Source: Parcubacteria group bacterium
Lineage (GTDB): Bacteria; Patescibacteriota; Minisyncoccia; Moranbacterales; UBA2206
Assembly (NCBI GenBank): GCA_041674205.1
Contig: JBAYWF010000005.1
Location: 15,865 to 79,864, forward strand
Reading direction: 5' to 3'
Length of the DNA stretch: 64,000 nucleotides
The position numbers and the translations under genes were made by a program. Each line of letters opens with the position of its first letter. The stretch's first letter is position 1. The notes below the pieces were generated by a model. That model worked only from the letters and a program-made list of their open reading frames with translations, was not told where the DNA came from and searched no databases. Below are positions 10,163 through 19,562 of the stretch, piece after piece.

Positions 10163-10975
10163 TCAATTAAAAAAACTTTTCCTGAGCGTCTTCACGATGG
10201 ACGTTTCCAATCGCGGACGGTGTTTTTTGAAATAATAGACCAGCGAGTCGTAGTAGTTCTGCTTTTGCCTTTTTTTCCCGTCTTCGCCATAGCTGCCCCC
10301 GCACTTGTGCAAGATTTTTATTTCCGGAAAATAAAAAACCTGCCTGCCTGCCTCCCGGATCCTTTTGCATAAGTCGACATCCTCGAAATACATAAAGATA
10401 TCTTCGTCAATCCCGCCGATTCCCAAAAAGAGATCTTTGCGCACGAACAAAGCCGTGCCGGCCACCCAGGCCGCCTCTTGCCTGTTTCCGCTCTCCCAGA
10501 TTTTCCGACTGGCGCATATCCCGAGATTATTCTTCAGTAAGTCCCAGAGGGTGATTTCCGTTCCAGCCCCCCATTCCTGGATTTTACCATATTCGGTCAT
10601 AAGACAACAACCTAGCGCGCCCAAACCCGCATTTTGCCTGAATTCTTCCATAACCGATCGTAAATCACCAGTGATGACTTCCGTATCGGGATTCAAGAGC
10701 CACAGATATTCGCCGGAAGCCTCCCACGCCCCGACATTGTTCCCTTGTCCGAAGCCGCCGTTTTTCGAACTCACGATCACTTTGGTTCCAGGGAAGCTTT
10801 GCCGGATCTTTTCCAATTTTTCCTCAGGATAGTTATTGACTATGATGATTTCAAATGACATTTGACCGCCTATCGTACGATAAATCGAAGCCAGGCATTG
10901 CTCCAGATAATGCTCGCTTTTATAATTCACGATGATGACCGAAAGGTCGTAATTATTTTCCTTGTTCGAAATCAT
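10163..10975 (-). CDS. glycosyltransferase family 2
   Basis: LSVIIVNYKSEHYLEQCLASI GT-A N-terminal motif and a DxD region. Track start 11008 is also an ATG; ATG 10975 reduces the overlap with the upstream gene to 23 nt. Confidence 0.75.
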   Translation of the reverse strand: MISNKENNYDLSVIIVNYKSEHYLEQCLASIYRTIGGQMSFEIIIVNNYPEEKLEKIRQSFPGTKVIVSSKNGGFGQGNNVGAWEASGEYLWLLNPDTEVITGDLRSVMEEFRQNAGLGALGCCLMTEYGKIQEWGAGTEITLWDLLKNNLGICASRKIWESGNRQEAAWVAGTALFVRKDLFLGIGGIDEDIFMYFEDVDLCKRIREAGRQVFYFPEIKILHKCGGSYGEDGKKRQKQNYYDSLVYYFKKHRPRLETSIVKTLRKSFFN

Positions 10976-11813
10976 AATAAGCTTTCTGAACGGCTCGCGC
11001 ATCCTCATCGGGACGCAACGCCATATCCATCCGATTTTTTATTTTTCTTAATCCATAGTAGAGAGCGATCCATCCCTTGGCCCAAAAAGGGGTGTTTTTT
11101 TTGAAAAACCTGAGTCCGGAGAAAACCAACCAATATAATTTCATACCCTTCGGCGCTTTGCTTACCTCAAAATGGTAAATCACGCTTTCCGGTACGACCA
11201 GCATGGCAAAGCCGGCTTTTTTGGCGCGATAACTGAAATCGGCATCCTCCCAATACAAAAAAAACTTGTCATCCAAAAGGCCTATTTTTTCAAAAACGTC
11301 TTTTTTCACAAACATAGAGCAAGCCGTGACGAAGCCGCTTTTATACGGCGCACCTTGCCTCCTTTTTTTTTCGTGGTGCGTCTTCATAGCCAGCCAATCG
11401 ATCCGGCCGCCGGAAAACCAGACTTTGTCGGTCTTTTTCCAAAAAATAAGCGGGGACAATATGCCGGCTGAAGGATTTTCCCGCGCCGCCACCATCAGCT
11501 TTTTCAGAAAATCCGGTTCGACTTCGGTGTCCTGGTTCAGAAGCAGCACATAGTCAGCCCCTCGCTCCAAAGCATAACGGATTCCGACGTTATTGCCGCC
11601 GGAAAATCCCAAATTACTTCCGTTCTTCAAGACGGATACATCAGGAAAGGTTTCCTGGACCATCCGGAGTGAACCGTCTTGGGAACCGTTGTCAACGACT
11701 ATTACGGAAAAATCCGGATAATCGACGCCCTGTACGCTCTCCAAACAATTTTTCAGCAATTCCCCTCCGTTGTAATCCAATATGATAATAGAAACTTTCG
11801 GCCACGATTCCAT
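10953..11813 (-). CDS. glycosyltransferase family 2
   Basis: VSIIILDYNGGELLKNCLESV ... VVDNGSQDGS, a classic GT2 signature. Confidence 0.8.
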   Translation of the reverse strand: MESWPKVSIIILDYNGGELLKNCLESVQGVDYPDFSVIVVDNGSQDGSLRMVQETFPDVSVLKNGSNLGFSGGNNVGIRYALERGADYVLLLNQDTEVEPDFLKKLMVAARENPSAGILSPLIFWKKTDKVWFSGGRIDWLAMKTHHEKKRRQGAPYKSGFVTACSMFVKKDVFEKIGLLDDKFFLYWEDADFSYRAKKAGFAMLVVPESVIYHFEVSKAPKGMKLYWLVFSGLRFFKKNTPFWAKGWIALYYGLRKIKNRMDMALRPDEDARAVQKAYYDFEQGK

Positions 11814-11825
11814 AAAATCCGATTT

Positions 11826-13007
11826 TTATTTATTTATGATGCTTCTCAGATATCCGTAATATTCTTCGTTCTGACTGGCTTTATTGGTATATTTCATTAA
11901 AACCTTTTCCCTGGCTTTTTTGCCCATCGCAGTCCGCAATTCCCTATCTTCGACCAAGCGGCCTATTTTTTCTATCCACTCAGCAGTATCGCCAGCCAAA
12001 AATCCGTCAACCCCGTCTTCGATCGTTTCGGAAAATGTCCGGTTTTTCACCGCCACCGTCGGAACTTTTAACACGCCGGCTTCAATGAACTTGAGGGCCG
12101 ATTTGGATTCACAGAACGGATTGTCAATCTCCAACGGCGCCAGGTTGATATCGCATTTATATACATTGCCGTAATATTCGTCCCGTGGAACCCGCGGCAA
12201 GGTCTCAATCCGCGCACCGAATTTATTCAGCCTATCCTCGATATCCAGCGAACCGGCCAGAAGCAATTTCACATTCCCATATTTCCCAAGCACGGCCATC
12301 AGCGCATCCGTGATGCTGGCGAAATCCTTATTATGGGAAAGCGTCCCGCTATAGTAGCCCAGCCGCACGAATCTGTCCTTAATTTTTTCTTTTTTCAAGA
12401 GACGGCTAGCCAACTCCAATTCATGATCGGAAAGCCTGTTCGGAACGATAATCACTTTTTTTCCTTTTTTCCGCAACTTATCCCCCAGATATGAAACGGT
12501 TGTGGTGCAGGTCTTCACATACGGATCATTGACGATTTCCGCCCCGATCCCTTTTTTGTATTGCCCCTGCTCCACCGGATCCATTTTTTGGAAATAATCC
12601 ATATACTTCAGATATTGCGGATCATACACCAAATCATCTGTGTCAAAAATGATTTCTTTCCCTTGTTCCTTGATACACTGGACCATTTTTTCAATATTCC
12701 CATTCCAGGCAACCCGATGGAGCACGAAAATTTCGAATTTATCAACCAGTTTCGGCAGATTAGGATTGTCGGAAATAGTGGTAGCCGCCCTGAACCCGTG
12801 AATCCTCAATTCTTCGGCCGGATTGTAAGCGCGGTAGAACGCACTATCCCCCACGCCGCTGGAAATAAACAGCACGTCTCCGGAACCGACGAAAAAAGCT
12901 TTGACAAAAGTCACCAGATAGCCTGCAACGATCCTAGTGCCTCCCCATAAACCGTTCCTTCGTAACACCATCCTGACCTTCCCCAGTTTTACCAGCAATG
13001 AATCCAT
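11826..13007 (-). CDS. glycosyltransferase, GT-B fold (group 1/GT4-like)
   Basis: C-terminal ESKSALKFIEAGVLKVPTVA motif (GT4 E-x7-E variant). Track start 13085 is TTG; the first ATG is 13007. Confidence 0.7.
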   Translation of the reverse strand: MDSLLVKLGKVRMVLRRNGLWGGTRIVAGYLVTFVKAFFVGSGDVLFISSGVGDSAFYRAYNPAEELRIHGFRAATTISDNPNLPKLVDKFEIFVLHRVAWNGNIEKMVQCIKEQGKEIIFDTDDLVYDPQYLKYMDYFQKMDPVEQGQYKKGIGAEIVNDPYVKTCTTTVSYLGDKLRKKGKKVIIVPNRLSDHELELASRLLKKEKIKDRFVRLGYYSGTLSHNKDFASITDALMAVLGKYGNVKLLLAGSLDIEDRLNKFGARIETLPRVPRDEYYGNVYKCDINLAPLEIDNPFCESKSALKFIEAGVLKVPTVAVKNRTFSETIEDGVDGFLAGDTAEWIEKIGRLVEDRELRTAMGKKAREKVLMKYTNKASQNEEYYGYLRSIINK

Positions 13008-13032
13008 ATGTTCTTCGAAAGAAATAAGAAAA

Positions 13033-13890
13033 TTATTTTTTACTTTTTGCCCGATAGTATTTTTCTCTCGGATTTTCCGAACCAAAGTTATTGATTTGAT
13101 ATTTTAAAGCATCGAAGACATGCCAGCGCAAAGCCCAACTGCTGAAAAATTTCAAAAAACCCCCTTCACTCACCCGCTTGCCGTCCGCGTACACCTTGAC
13201 TTCGGGATAATAAACGACCCGAAGTCCCATTTTCCAAGCATCAAAACACATTTGGGTGTCCGTCATAAAAAGGAAGTATCTCTCATCAAGCCCTCCGACT
13301 TTTTCCCAAAAATCGCGACGAACGACAAAACAAGAAGACTGCAGCCAATCGACATCCTGGATTTTTGAATAATCCAGATGCCTCATTTCGTCATAAGCGA
13401 CCTTTTTTTTCAAAATCGGAAAATTGCGCAAAAATATCCTTCTCACTACTTGCAAATAAAACTTCGGAAAAGCCCTCACGTTCATAGCTATGCTTCCATT
13501 ATCATTCACTTGTTGCGGACCTAGGACGGCGATATCAGGATTCACATCCATATAGCCGATAATTTTTTGCAAGGAATCCTTTTCTCTAAAAATAATATCC
13601 GGATTGACCACAAAGACGTAATCGCCCTCTTCCCGGCCTTTTATGACATTATTTCCTCGGGAATATCCGATATTCGTTTCGTTGATTATGACTTCAACGT
13701 CCTCAAGACCGCCCAACTCTTTCCGTATCAACTCACCCTCTTCTTTCTTATGGGCGGTATTTTCGACAACGAAAATTTTATAGCGGAAATCTGCCTCCTG
13801 GGAAACGATGGATTTGATGTTTTCCACCGTCCTGTCGGCCTTTTGGTAATTAAGCACTAAAATAGTAGCTCTTGTTTTTTTATCTTCCAT
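13033..13890 (-). CDS. glycosyltransferase family 2
   Basis: TILVLNYQKADRTVENIKSIV GT-A motif. ATG confirmed at 13890. Confidence 0.75.
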   Translation of the reverse strand: MEDKKTRATILVLNYQKADRTVENIKSIVSQEADFRYKIFVVENTAHKKEEGELIRKELGGLEDVEVIINETNIGYSRGNNVIKGREEGDYVFVVNPDIIFREKDSLQKIIGYMDVNPDIAVLGPQQVNDNGSIAMNVRAFPKFYLQVVRRIFLRNFPILKKKVAYDEMRHLDYSKIQDVDWLQSSCFVVRRDFWEKVGGLDERYFLFMTDTQMCFDAWKMGLRVVYYPEVKVYADGKRVSEGGFLKFFSSWALRWHVFDALKYQINNFGSENPREKYYRAKSKK

Positions 13891-13903
13891 AATTGGAATA
13901 TCC

Positions 13904-14746
13904 TTATCCTAATCTTTTTTTAACTATTTCTTTCAGTTCCTTGTTAAATTCCCCGATAGCCTCGTCAATCAATGGGTCGAATTTCCTGTATATCCCCTTT
14001 TCCTTGACGATCCGTCCCGCTTCAAGAAGCGAATCGAAAGTTCCCGCGTCCAGCCATTCCCCTTTGAGTTTTTCAACATGGAGTTCTCCCATTTCCAAAT
14101 ATGCCTTATTGATATCGGTGATTTCAATCTCCCCCCTTTTTGAAGGTTTCAGATGCTTAGCTATCCCGACCACCCGGTTATCAAAAACATAGGCTCCCGA
14201 AACGCAAAAATTACTCTTGGGATTTTCCGGTTTTTCTTCGATTGAAACCGCTACGCCTTCTTTGTCAAATTCAATGATCCCGTATCTTCTCGGATCATCC
14301 TCAACTTCCTTGGCGAAAACCATCCCTCCTTTTTTAAATTTTTTTATATATTCACTCAGATCATCCTCGAAAATATTGTCGCCCAGGACCATTATCACGT
14401 TCCCTTCATCGATAAAATCTTCCCCCATAATGAAAGCGTCAGCCAAGCCTCTTGGGACTTTCTGCACTTTGAACTCGATCCGGACTCCGAATCTCTCAAA
14501 AATCGAACCGAGCAAATTCAAAAACTGCCCGCTATGTTCCGGCGCGACAATAATCAGGATGTCTTTTACCCCGGCTTTAACCAAAACGTTGATCGGATAG
14601 AAAATCATCTGCCGATCATAAACCGGAAGCAGTTGCTTCGAAGTCGTCGCTGTCAGGGGGAAAAGCCGGGTATTCGACCCGCCAGCCAAGATTATCCCCC
14701 GTATCCGTTTAGCGTCCTTGTCGTGGTTTTCTTTTTTGCTATCCAT
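13904..14746 (-). CDS. rmlA: glucose-1-phosphate thymidylyltransferase
   Basis: GIILAGGSNTRLFPLTATTSKQLLPVYDRQMIFYPINVL matches RmlA/RfbA. The track start 14869 is a TTG adding an implausible hydrophobic leader; ATG at 14746 (MDSKKEN...) is preferred. Confidence 0.88.
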   Translation of the reverse strand: MDSKKENHDKDAKRIRGIILAGGSNTRLFPLTATTSKQLLPVYDRQMIFYPINVLVKAGVKDILIIVAPEHSGQFLNLLGSIFERFGVRIEFKVQKVPRGLADAFIMGEDFIDEGNVIMVLGDNIFEDDLSEYIKKFKKGGMVFAKEVEDDPRRYGIIEFDKEGVAVSIEEKPENPKSNFCVSGAYVFDNRVVGIAKHLKPSKRGEIEITDINKAYLEMGELHVEKLKGEWLDAGTFDSLLEAGRIVKEKGIYRKFDPLIDEAIGEFNKELKEIVKKRLG

Positions 14747-14922
14747 AAAAACTATTTTTAACTTTTTACCGCATTGCCCCATACGCCTCAAACTATACCA
14801 AAAAATAGCAACTCCGGCAATTATAGCTATCCCTGCCCCGTATATATGGCACGCCAGTCGTCGGCGCAAACCGGAAGATTTATGCCGTTTTCATTTTCAA
14901 TGGAGATCCCGATAATCGATCC

Positions 14923-16167
14923 TTATTTCAACCCTTTATAGAGCGGGAATTTCTTGCACAGCACGATCACTTCCTTGTGGATCGCTTTTAACTTTTTTTC
15001 ATCCGTATGGTTTTCAACCACCTGGTTGATCCAGCGGGCGATCGTCCTGATTTCCCTTTCTTTCATTCCGCGGCTGGTTATGGCCGGCACGCCGATGCGC
15101 ACGCCGCTCGGATCCATCGGACTACGCGGATCGTCGGGGATCATATTTTTATTCAACGTGATGCCGACCTTGTCCAAAGCGACCTCCGTTTCCTTGCCGG
15201 TCACGCCTTTTGATCCGAAAACATCCACCAAAACCATATGGTTGTCCGTGCCGCCGAACATCAATTTGAACCCATGTTTTTTCAATTCGATTTCCAACAC
15301 TTTGGCATTGGCTATTATTTGCTTGGCATATTTTTGAAATGACGGCTTCAGGGCTTCGCCGAATGCCACCGCTTTGGCGGCAATATTGTTCATATGCGGT
15401 CCGCCTTGGAATCCGGGGAAAGCCGCCTTGTCGATCGCCTTGGCGAACTTTTCCTTGCACAGGATCATCCCGCCGCGCGGCCCGCGCAAAGTCTTATGGG
15501 TCGTGGTCGTGATTATGTCGAAATATGGCACCGGATTAGGCAAGGCCTTTCCGGCGATGAGTCCCGCGATATGGGCGATATCGAACATCGTAATCGCCCC
15601 CACTTTCTTGGCGATGGCCGCGAATTTTTTGTAATCCAATTGCCGGGTGTAAGCCGAAAATCCCGCCAAAATCATCTGCGGCTTTTCTTTGATCGCCATC
15701 GCTTCCAATTCTTTGTAGTCAATTTTCCCATCCGCCCCGGTTTTGTATCCGATGAAGTTATAGATTTTGGCTGAAAGGGTCACGGGATGGCCGTGCGTCA
15801 GATGTCCGCCGTGTGAAAGGTCCATCCCCAAGATTTTGTCGCCGGGTTTGAGCACCGCGCTATAGGCGATCATATTGGCCGGCGCGCCGGACAACGGCTG
15901 GACGTTCACGTGTTCGGCGCCAAAAAGCTTTTTGGCCCGCTCAATCGCCAAACTCTCCACGACATCCGTGAATTCCTGCCCGCCGTAATACCTCCGGCCA
16001 GGATAGCCCTCCGAATATTTGTTGGTCAAAACCGTTCCGAGCGCCTCCAGCACCGCCTCCGAAACATAATTCTCGCTGGCAATCAATTCCATCCCCTCCC
16101 GCTGGCGTTTGAGCTCGCCTTGGATCGCTTTGTAAATTTTCGGGTCTTGTTTTTTCAATATCGACAT
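14923..16167 (-). CDS. glyA: serine hydroxymethyltransferase
   Basis: ELIASENYVSEAVLEALGTVLTNKYSEGYPGRRYYGG and the PLP-site TTTHKTLRGPRGG motifs. Length is 414 aa. Confidence 0.95.
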   Translation of the reverse strand: MSILKKQDPKIYKAIQGELKRQREGMELIASENYVSEAVLEALGTVLTNKYSEGYPGRRYYGGQEFTDVVESLAIERAKKLFGAEHVNVQPLSGAPANMIAYSAVLKPGDKILGMDLSHGGHLTHGHPVTLSAKIYNFIGYKTGADGKIDYKELEAMAIKEKPQMILAGFSAYTRQLDYKKFAAIAKKVGAITMFDIAHIAGLIAGKALPNPVPYFDIITTTTHKTLRGPRGGMILCKEKFAKAIDKAAFPGFQGGPHMNNIAAKAVAFGEALKPSFQKYAKQIIANAKVLEIELKKHGFKLMFGGTDNHMVLVDVFGSKGVTGKETEVALDKVGITLNKNMIPDDPRSPMDPSGVRIGVPAITSRGMKEREIRTIARWINQVVENHTDEKKLKAIHKEVIVLCKKFPLYKGLK

Positions 16168-16171
16168 AGGA

Positions 16172-17158
16172 TTATTTATTATTTTTTAAATATTCTTTAA
16201 GCGCATCCTTATATCCGCGCAATGGATTCAGTTTCGTATTGAGCAAAACCGAATAATATGGACGCTTGGCCGGCCGCAAGAATTCCGCGCCGCTGACCGG
16301 GATGACTTTCGTTTTCAACTTGGCCTGCCGGTATAATTCTAAAACGCCTTCATACCAGCTGCTTGGACCGCCGTTCGTAATATGGTAAATCCCGGACGGT
16401 TTTTTGGACTCGACCAATTCCTTGGTCTTTTTCGCCAAGTCCGGCGCGTAGGTGAAACAGCTAGTTTCATCATCCACGCCTTTCACTTCCTTGTTTTTCT
16501 TGCCCAGTTCCAGCATCATAGCGAAAAAACTTTTTTTCGATCCTTCCGAAGCGCCGGGCTTCCCGAACAGCCAGGAAAGCCTGATGATATAGTAGTCTTG
16601 CCCGTATTTTTGCACGGCTTTTTCGCCCAAAACTTTAGATTTGCCATAATTAGAAAGCGGGTTGGTTTCTGCTTCTTCGTCAAAACCGATTTGCGGCACG
16701 AAATTTTGGTGCAAGCCGCACGATCCGCAAGAATGGGTGCAACCGGCCGGTTCCGGGATTTCCGGCTGGCCGTCAAAAACGTAGTCTGAAGAGTAGGTCA
16801 CGAAAACAGCGCCGATTTTCTTAGCAGCTTTCGCCAAATACCCGGGCGCTTGGCCGTTCAGCTTTTTCGCCAGTTCATATTCCTGCTTATCCTCTTCGCA
16901 TTTATCCACCGCATTGTAGCCCGTGGCGTTGATGATGATGCTTGGTTCCAACTCTTGGATCTTTTCTTTCAATGTTTTTTCCACTGTAACATCAATATCC
17001 TTCCGATCCCACGCCGTCACCGCATAATCCGAATCTCTTTTAAAGACACTGACCAGTTCCTGCCCCAGCATCCCTTTGGAGCCGATTATCAAAACGATTT
17101 TCTTTTTCGAAGGTTTTTCCAAAGGTTGGACCTTCGGAGATACGGTTTTCTTAGCCAT
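16172..17158 (-). CDS. rmlD: dTDP-4-dehydrorhamnose reductase-like (RmlD family) with Cys-rich insertion
   Basis: Rossmann N-terminus VLIIGSKGMLG, YxxxK (NYGKSKVLGE) and RmlD-like length. Carries a ~30-aa insertion PEIPEPAGCTHSCGSCGLHQNF not typical of RmlD. Confidence 0.75.
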   Translation of the reverse strand: MAKKTVSPKVQPLEKPSKKKIVLIIGSKGMLGQELVSVFKRDSDYAVTAWDRKDIDVTVEKTLKEKIQELEPSIIINATGYNAVDKCEEDKQEYELAKKLNGQAPGYLAKAAKKIGAVFVTYSSDYVFDGQPEIPEPAGCTHSCGSCGLHQNFVPQIGFDEEAETNPLSNYGKSKVLGEKAVQKYGQDYYIIRLSWLFGKPGASEGSKKSFFAMMLELGKKNKEVKGVDDETSCFTYAPDLAKKTKELVESKKPSGIYHITNGGPSSWYEGVLELYRQAKLKTKVIPVSGAEFLRPAKRPYYSVLLNTKLNPLRGYKDALKEYLKNNK

Positions 17159-17170
17159 AGGATATTTTTT

Positions 17171-17878
17171 TTAATTTATTATCCGTTCCAGATATTTTTT
17201 GATTTCCAATTGTTCCGCGAACGTATTTCCCAGTTCGATACTGACGATCTCCGGCAGATAGCGGACGTATTTTCCGACATAGTCCAATTCGCTCAAATCC
17301 TTCAATTTATGGTTGCTGTAATATCTTATCTTCTTGCCGGTGATATAATTCGGCCACACCGTAAAATGATCATTCATCGCCGAGATATGGCAACAACCGA
17401 TTTTGTTTTTTTGTAAAATATTTTCCAATCCATCGTAACCTTTGTTTTTCTGGATCATCCCTTGGTCTTCCCAGTGCGAAACATCCAAGCAGACGCCCGC
17501 GCATTTTTCCAGACAATCCAGGAAAATTCCATCTATTTCGGTAAGGTTTTCGATGTACATCCGATCCAAATATTCCCCTCGGTTCAACATATCTACACTG
17601 GATGCATCCGGATGGAAATTGAAAACCTGCGTCCCGTACCTGCCGATCAAATAGTCGAATTCCCAATTTTCCATATCATCCCGCAGATGGACATGTGGTA
17701 TGTTTTCCAGACCGGTACCTTCCAAGAGGCCGTAAAGTTCCCGGCGTTCTTCCAGCCCCAAACATGTCGGGAACAAGGCCAACTCTTTGATGCCAAGCCT
17801 GTCGATTTCTTCCACTTTCATCCTCCAATCCGATCCCGGGGTCGTCGTCAAACCCGGAAGTATCAGCCGTTCCGCCAT
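17171..17878 (-). CDS. hypothetical protein, possible TIM-barrel sugar isomerase/epimerase-like
   Basis: 235 aa, soluble, with His/Asp/Glu-rich patches (HVHLRDD, LDVSHWED, CCHIS). Sits between fdtA-like and rmlD. Fold is a guess. Confidence 0.35.
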   Translation of the reverse strand: MAERLILPGLTTTPGSDWRMKVEEIDRLGIKELALFPTCLGLEERRELYGLLEGTGLENIPHVHLRDDMENWEFDYLIGRYGTQVFNFHPDASSVDMLNRGEYLDRMYIENLTEIDGIFLDCLEKCAGVCLDVSHWEDQGMIQKNKGYDGLENILQKNKIGCCHISAMNDHFTVWPNYITGKKIRYYSNHKLKDLSELDYVGKYVRYLPEIVSIELGNTFAEQLEIKKYLERIIN

Positions 17879-17880
17879 AT

Positions 17881-18288
17881 TTACTTTTCTAAAATTATTT
17901 TTATATATTCCGCGTAATCTTCGACATAGTCCGAACGGTCGGGATTATAATTCGTCGAAGAGATGGCTAGCAAAACCGCATCGGCTGAAAAATCCTTGAA
18001 CTGATGCCAGACATATGGACCGACATACAGCGCTCCGGTCGGACCTTCCATTTTTATTTCTTCCAATCCTTGTCCGCGGTCGATCACCGCGGTGCAAGTC
18101 CCGTTTTGCAAGATGAAAAATTCTTCTTCAATTTTATGACAATGCGCGCCGGTGTCGCCGGTCGGCTTAGTGATAAAATAGACGCGCTTGACTTCAAATC
18201 CGACATAATCCTTGAGCTCCACCGGGCTCATCACGAAATTAGGCGCTTGGATTTTTTTTAACTCGACTTGTTGAAATTTTAATTCCAT
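17881..18288 (-). CDS. dTDP-4-dehydro-6-deoxyglucose 3,4-ketoisomerase-like cupin (FdtA/QdtA/WxcM family)
   Basis: 135-aa cupin with FEVKRVYFITKPTGDTGAHCHK and C-terminal AVLLAISSTNYNPDRSDYVEDYAEY, characteristic of WxcM/FdtA. Too short for RmlC and lacks its motifs. Confidence 0.7.
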   Translation of the reverse strand: MELKFQQVELKKIQAPNFVMSPVELKDYVGFEVKRVYFITKPTGDTGAHCHKIEEEFFILQNGTCTAVIDRGQGLEEIKMEGPTGALYVGPYVWHQFKDFSADAVLLAISSTNYNPDRSDYVEDYAEYIKIILEK

Positions 18289-18308
18289 ATTATTTGCATC
18301 AATAAAAA

Positions 18309-19388
18309 TTAACTAGACCTCTCCTGCGGTTTGTCCGTCCTTGTCACATAAGCGTCCATAAATTTATTCATTTCATCTTTCTTTTTCCACAAATCATCCA
18401 CCCAATCCTTATTATCCAAATACCATTGGACCGTTTCTTTGAGTCCCTGCTCGAATTTTTCCCGCGGATAGTCCGGCGTCCAACCGAGGCTGCGGATCAG
18501 ACTCGCATCGATCGCATAGCGCCGGTCGTGTCCCGGGCGATCGGTCACATATTCGATCATATCCTCGCCCTTGCCCATCAGCTTCAATATCATCTTGGTC
18601 AATTCCAAATTATTCCGCTCGTTGTCCGATCCGATGTTATACACGCGGCCCGGCTCACCTTTCTCCAGCATCAAAAGCAACGCTTTGGCATGGTCGCGCA
18701 CGTGGATCCAATCGCGGACGTTCAAACCGTCGCCATAGACCGGCACTTTTCCGCCTTTGGATAGCTTGAATACGAAAAAAGGGATCAACTTTTCCGGAAA
18801 CTGGTACGGGCCGTAATTATTTGAACAATGGGTCACCACAACCGGGACTTTGTGCGTTTTGAAATAGGCCCGGCACATCAAATCTCCCCCCGCCTTAGCG
18901 GCGGCATAGGGCATATTCGGTTCGATCGGAGTGTTTTCGGTAAATAACGTATCGTCGCCAAGCTCCAACGCGCCATACACCTCATCAGTGGAAACGTTCA
19001 CGAATTTTTCAATCCCATTGGCGCGCACCGCATCCAAAATCATTTGCACGCCGAGAGTGTTGGTCAGGACGAAATCCTTGCATCCGCCGTGGATGGAACG
19101 GTCGACGTGGGTTTCCGCCGCGAAATTTATGACATGCGTAATGCCATTTTCCCGGATAACCTTGTCGAGCATTTCCAAATCGATGATATCGCCCTGGATG
19201 AATTTATAATTCGGATCATTTTCAATGTCTTTCAGATTATTCAAATTGCCGGCATAAGTCAGTTTGTCATAGTTCACTATTTTATATTCCGGCCTGGCTT
19301 TCAGGACGTAGTGGATAAAATTCGAACCGATAAATCCCGCTCCGCCGCAGACCAGGACTTTTTTTTGAGTTTCTTGTTGTGGTTGCAT
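18309..19388 (-). CDS. rmlB: dTDP-glucose 4,6-dehydratase
   Basis: KVLVCGGAGFIGSNFIHYVL ... THVDRSI ... YAAAKAGGD, typical RmlB. Track start 19448 is upstream; ATG at 19388 with AGGAAA 8 nt upstream is preferred. Confidence 0.9.
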   Translation of the reverse strand: MQPQQETQKKVLVCGGAGFIGSNFIHYVLKARPEYKIVNYDKLTYAGNLNNLKDIENDPNYKFIQGDIIDLEMLDKVIRENGITHVINFAAETHVDRSIHGGCKDFVLTNTLGVQMILDAVRANGIEKFVNVSTDEVYGALELGDDTLFTENTPIEPNMPYAAAKAGGDLMCRAYFKTHKVPVVVTHCSNNYGPYQFPEKLIPFFVFKLSKGGKVPVYGDGLNVRDWIHVRDHAKALLLMLEKGEPGRVYNIGSDNERNNLELTKMILKLMGKGEDMIEYVTDRPGHDRRYAIDASLIRSLGWTPDYPREKFEQGLKETVQWYLDNKDWVDDLWKKKDEMNKFMDAYVTRTDKPQERSS

Positions 19389-19562
19389 TTGCGTGTTTCC
19401 TTTATTATTTAGGTCTAAATACCGGCTTCCGAGCCGCGCTTCAGGCAAGAATATTCTAGCATAAATCCCGCCAACCGCACAATCCTCCGCTCCGGCGGCC
19501 GGAGCGGAACAAAAACCGGCCCCTCGCGGATGCCGGCTTGTTTTTCCAAGATTATAGAAATT

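Noticed and set aside
14747-14869. Hydrophobic N-terminal extension on rmlA (track start 14869), also TTG/GTG-initiated extensions on wzz, rmlB, rpsI, rplM, rpsK, yidD and the MazG-like gene
   Set aside because: Track starts are TTG/GTG at the first position after a stop. Conserved N-termini and downstream ATGs (often with an SD) argue for the shorter forms.
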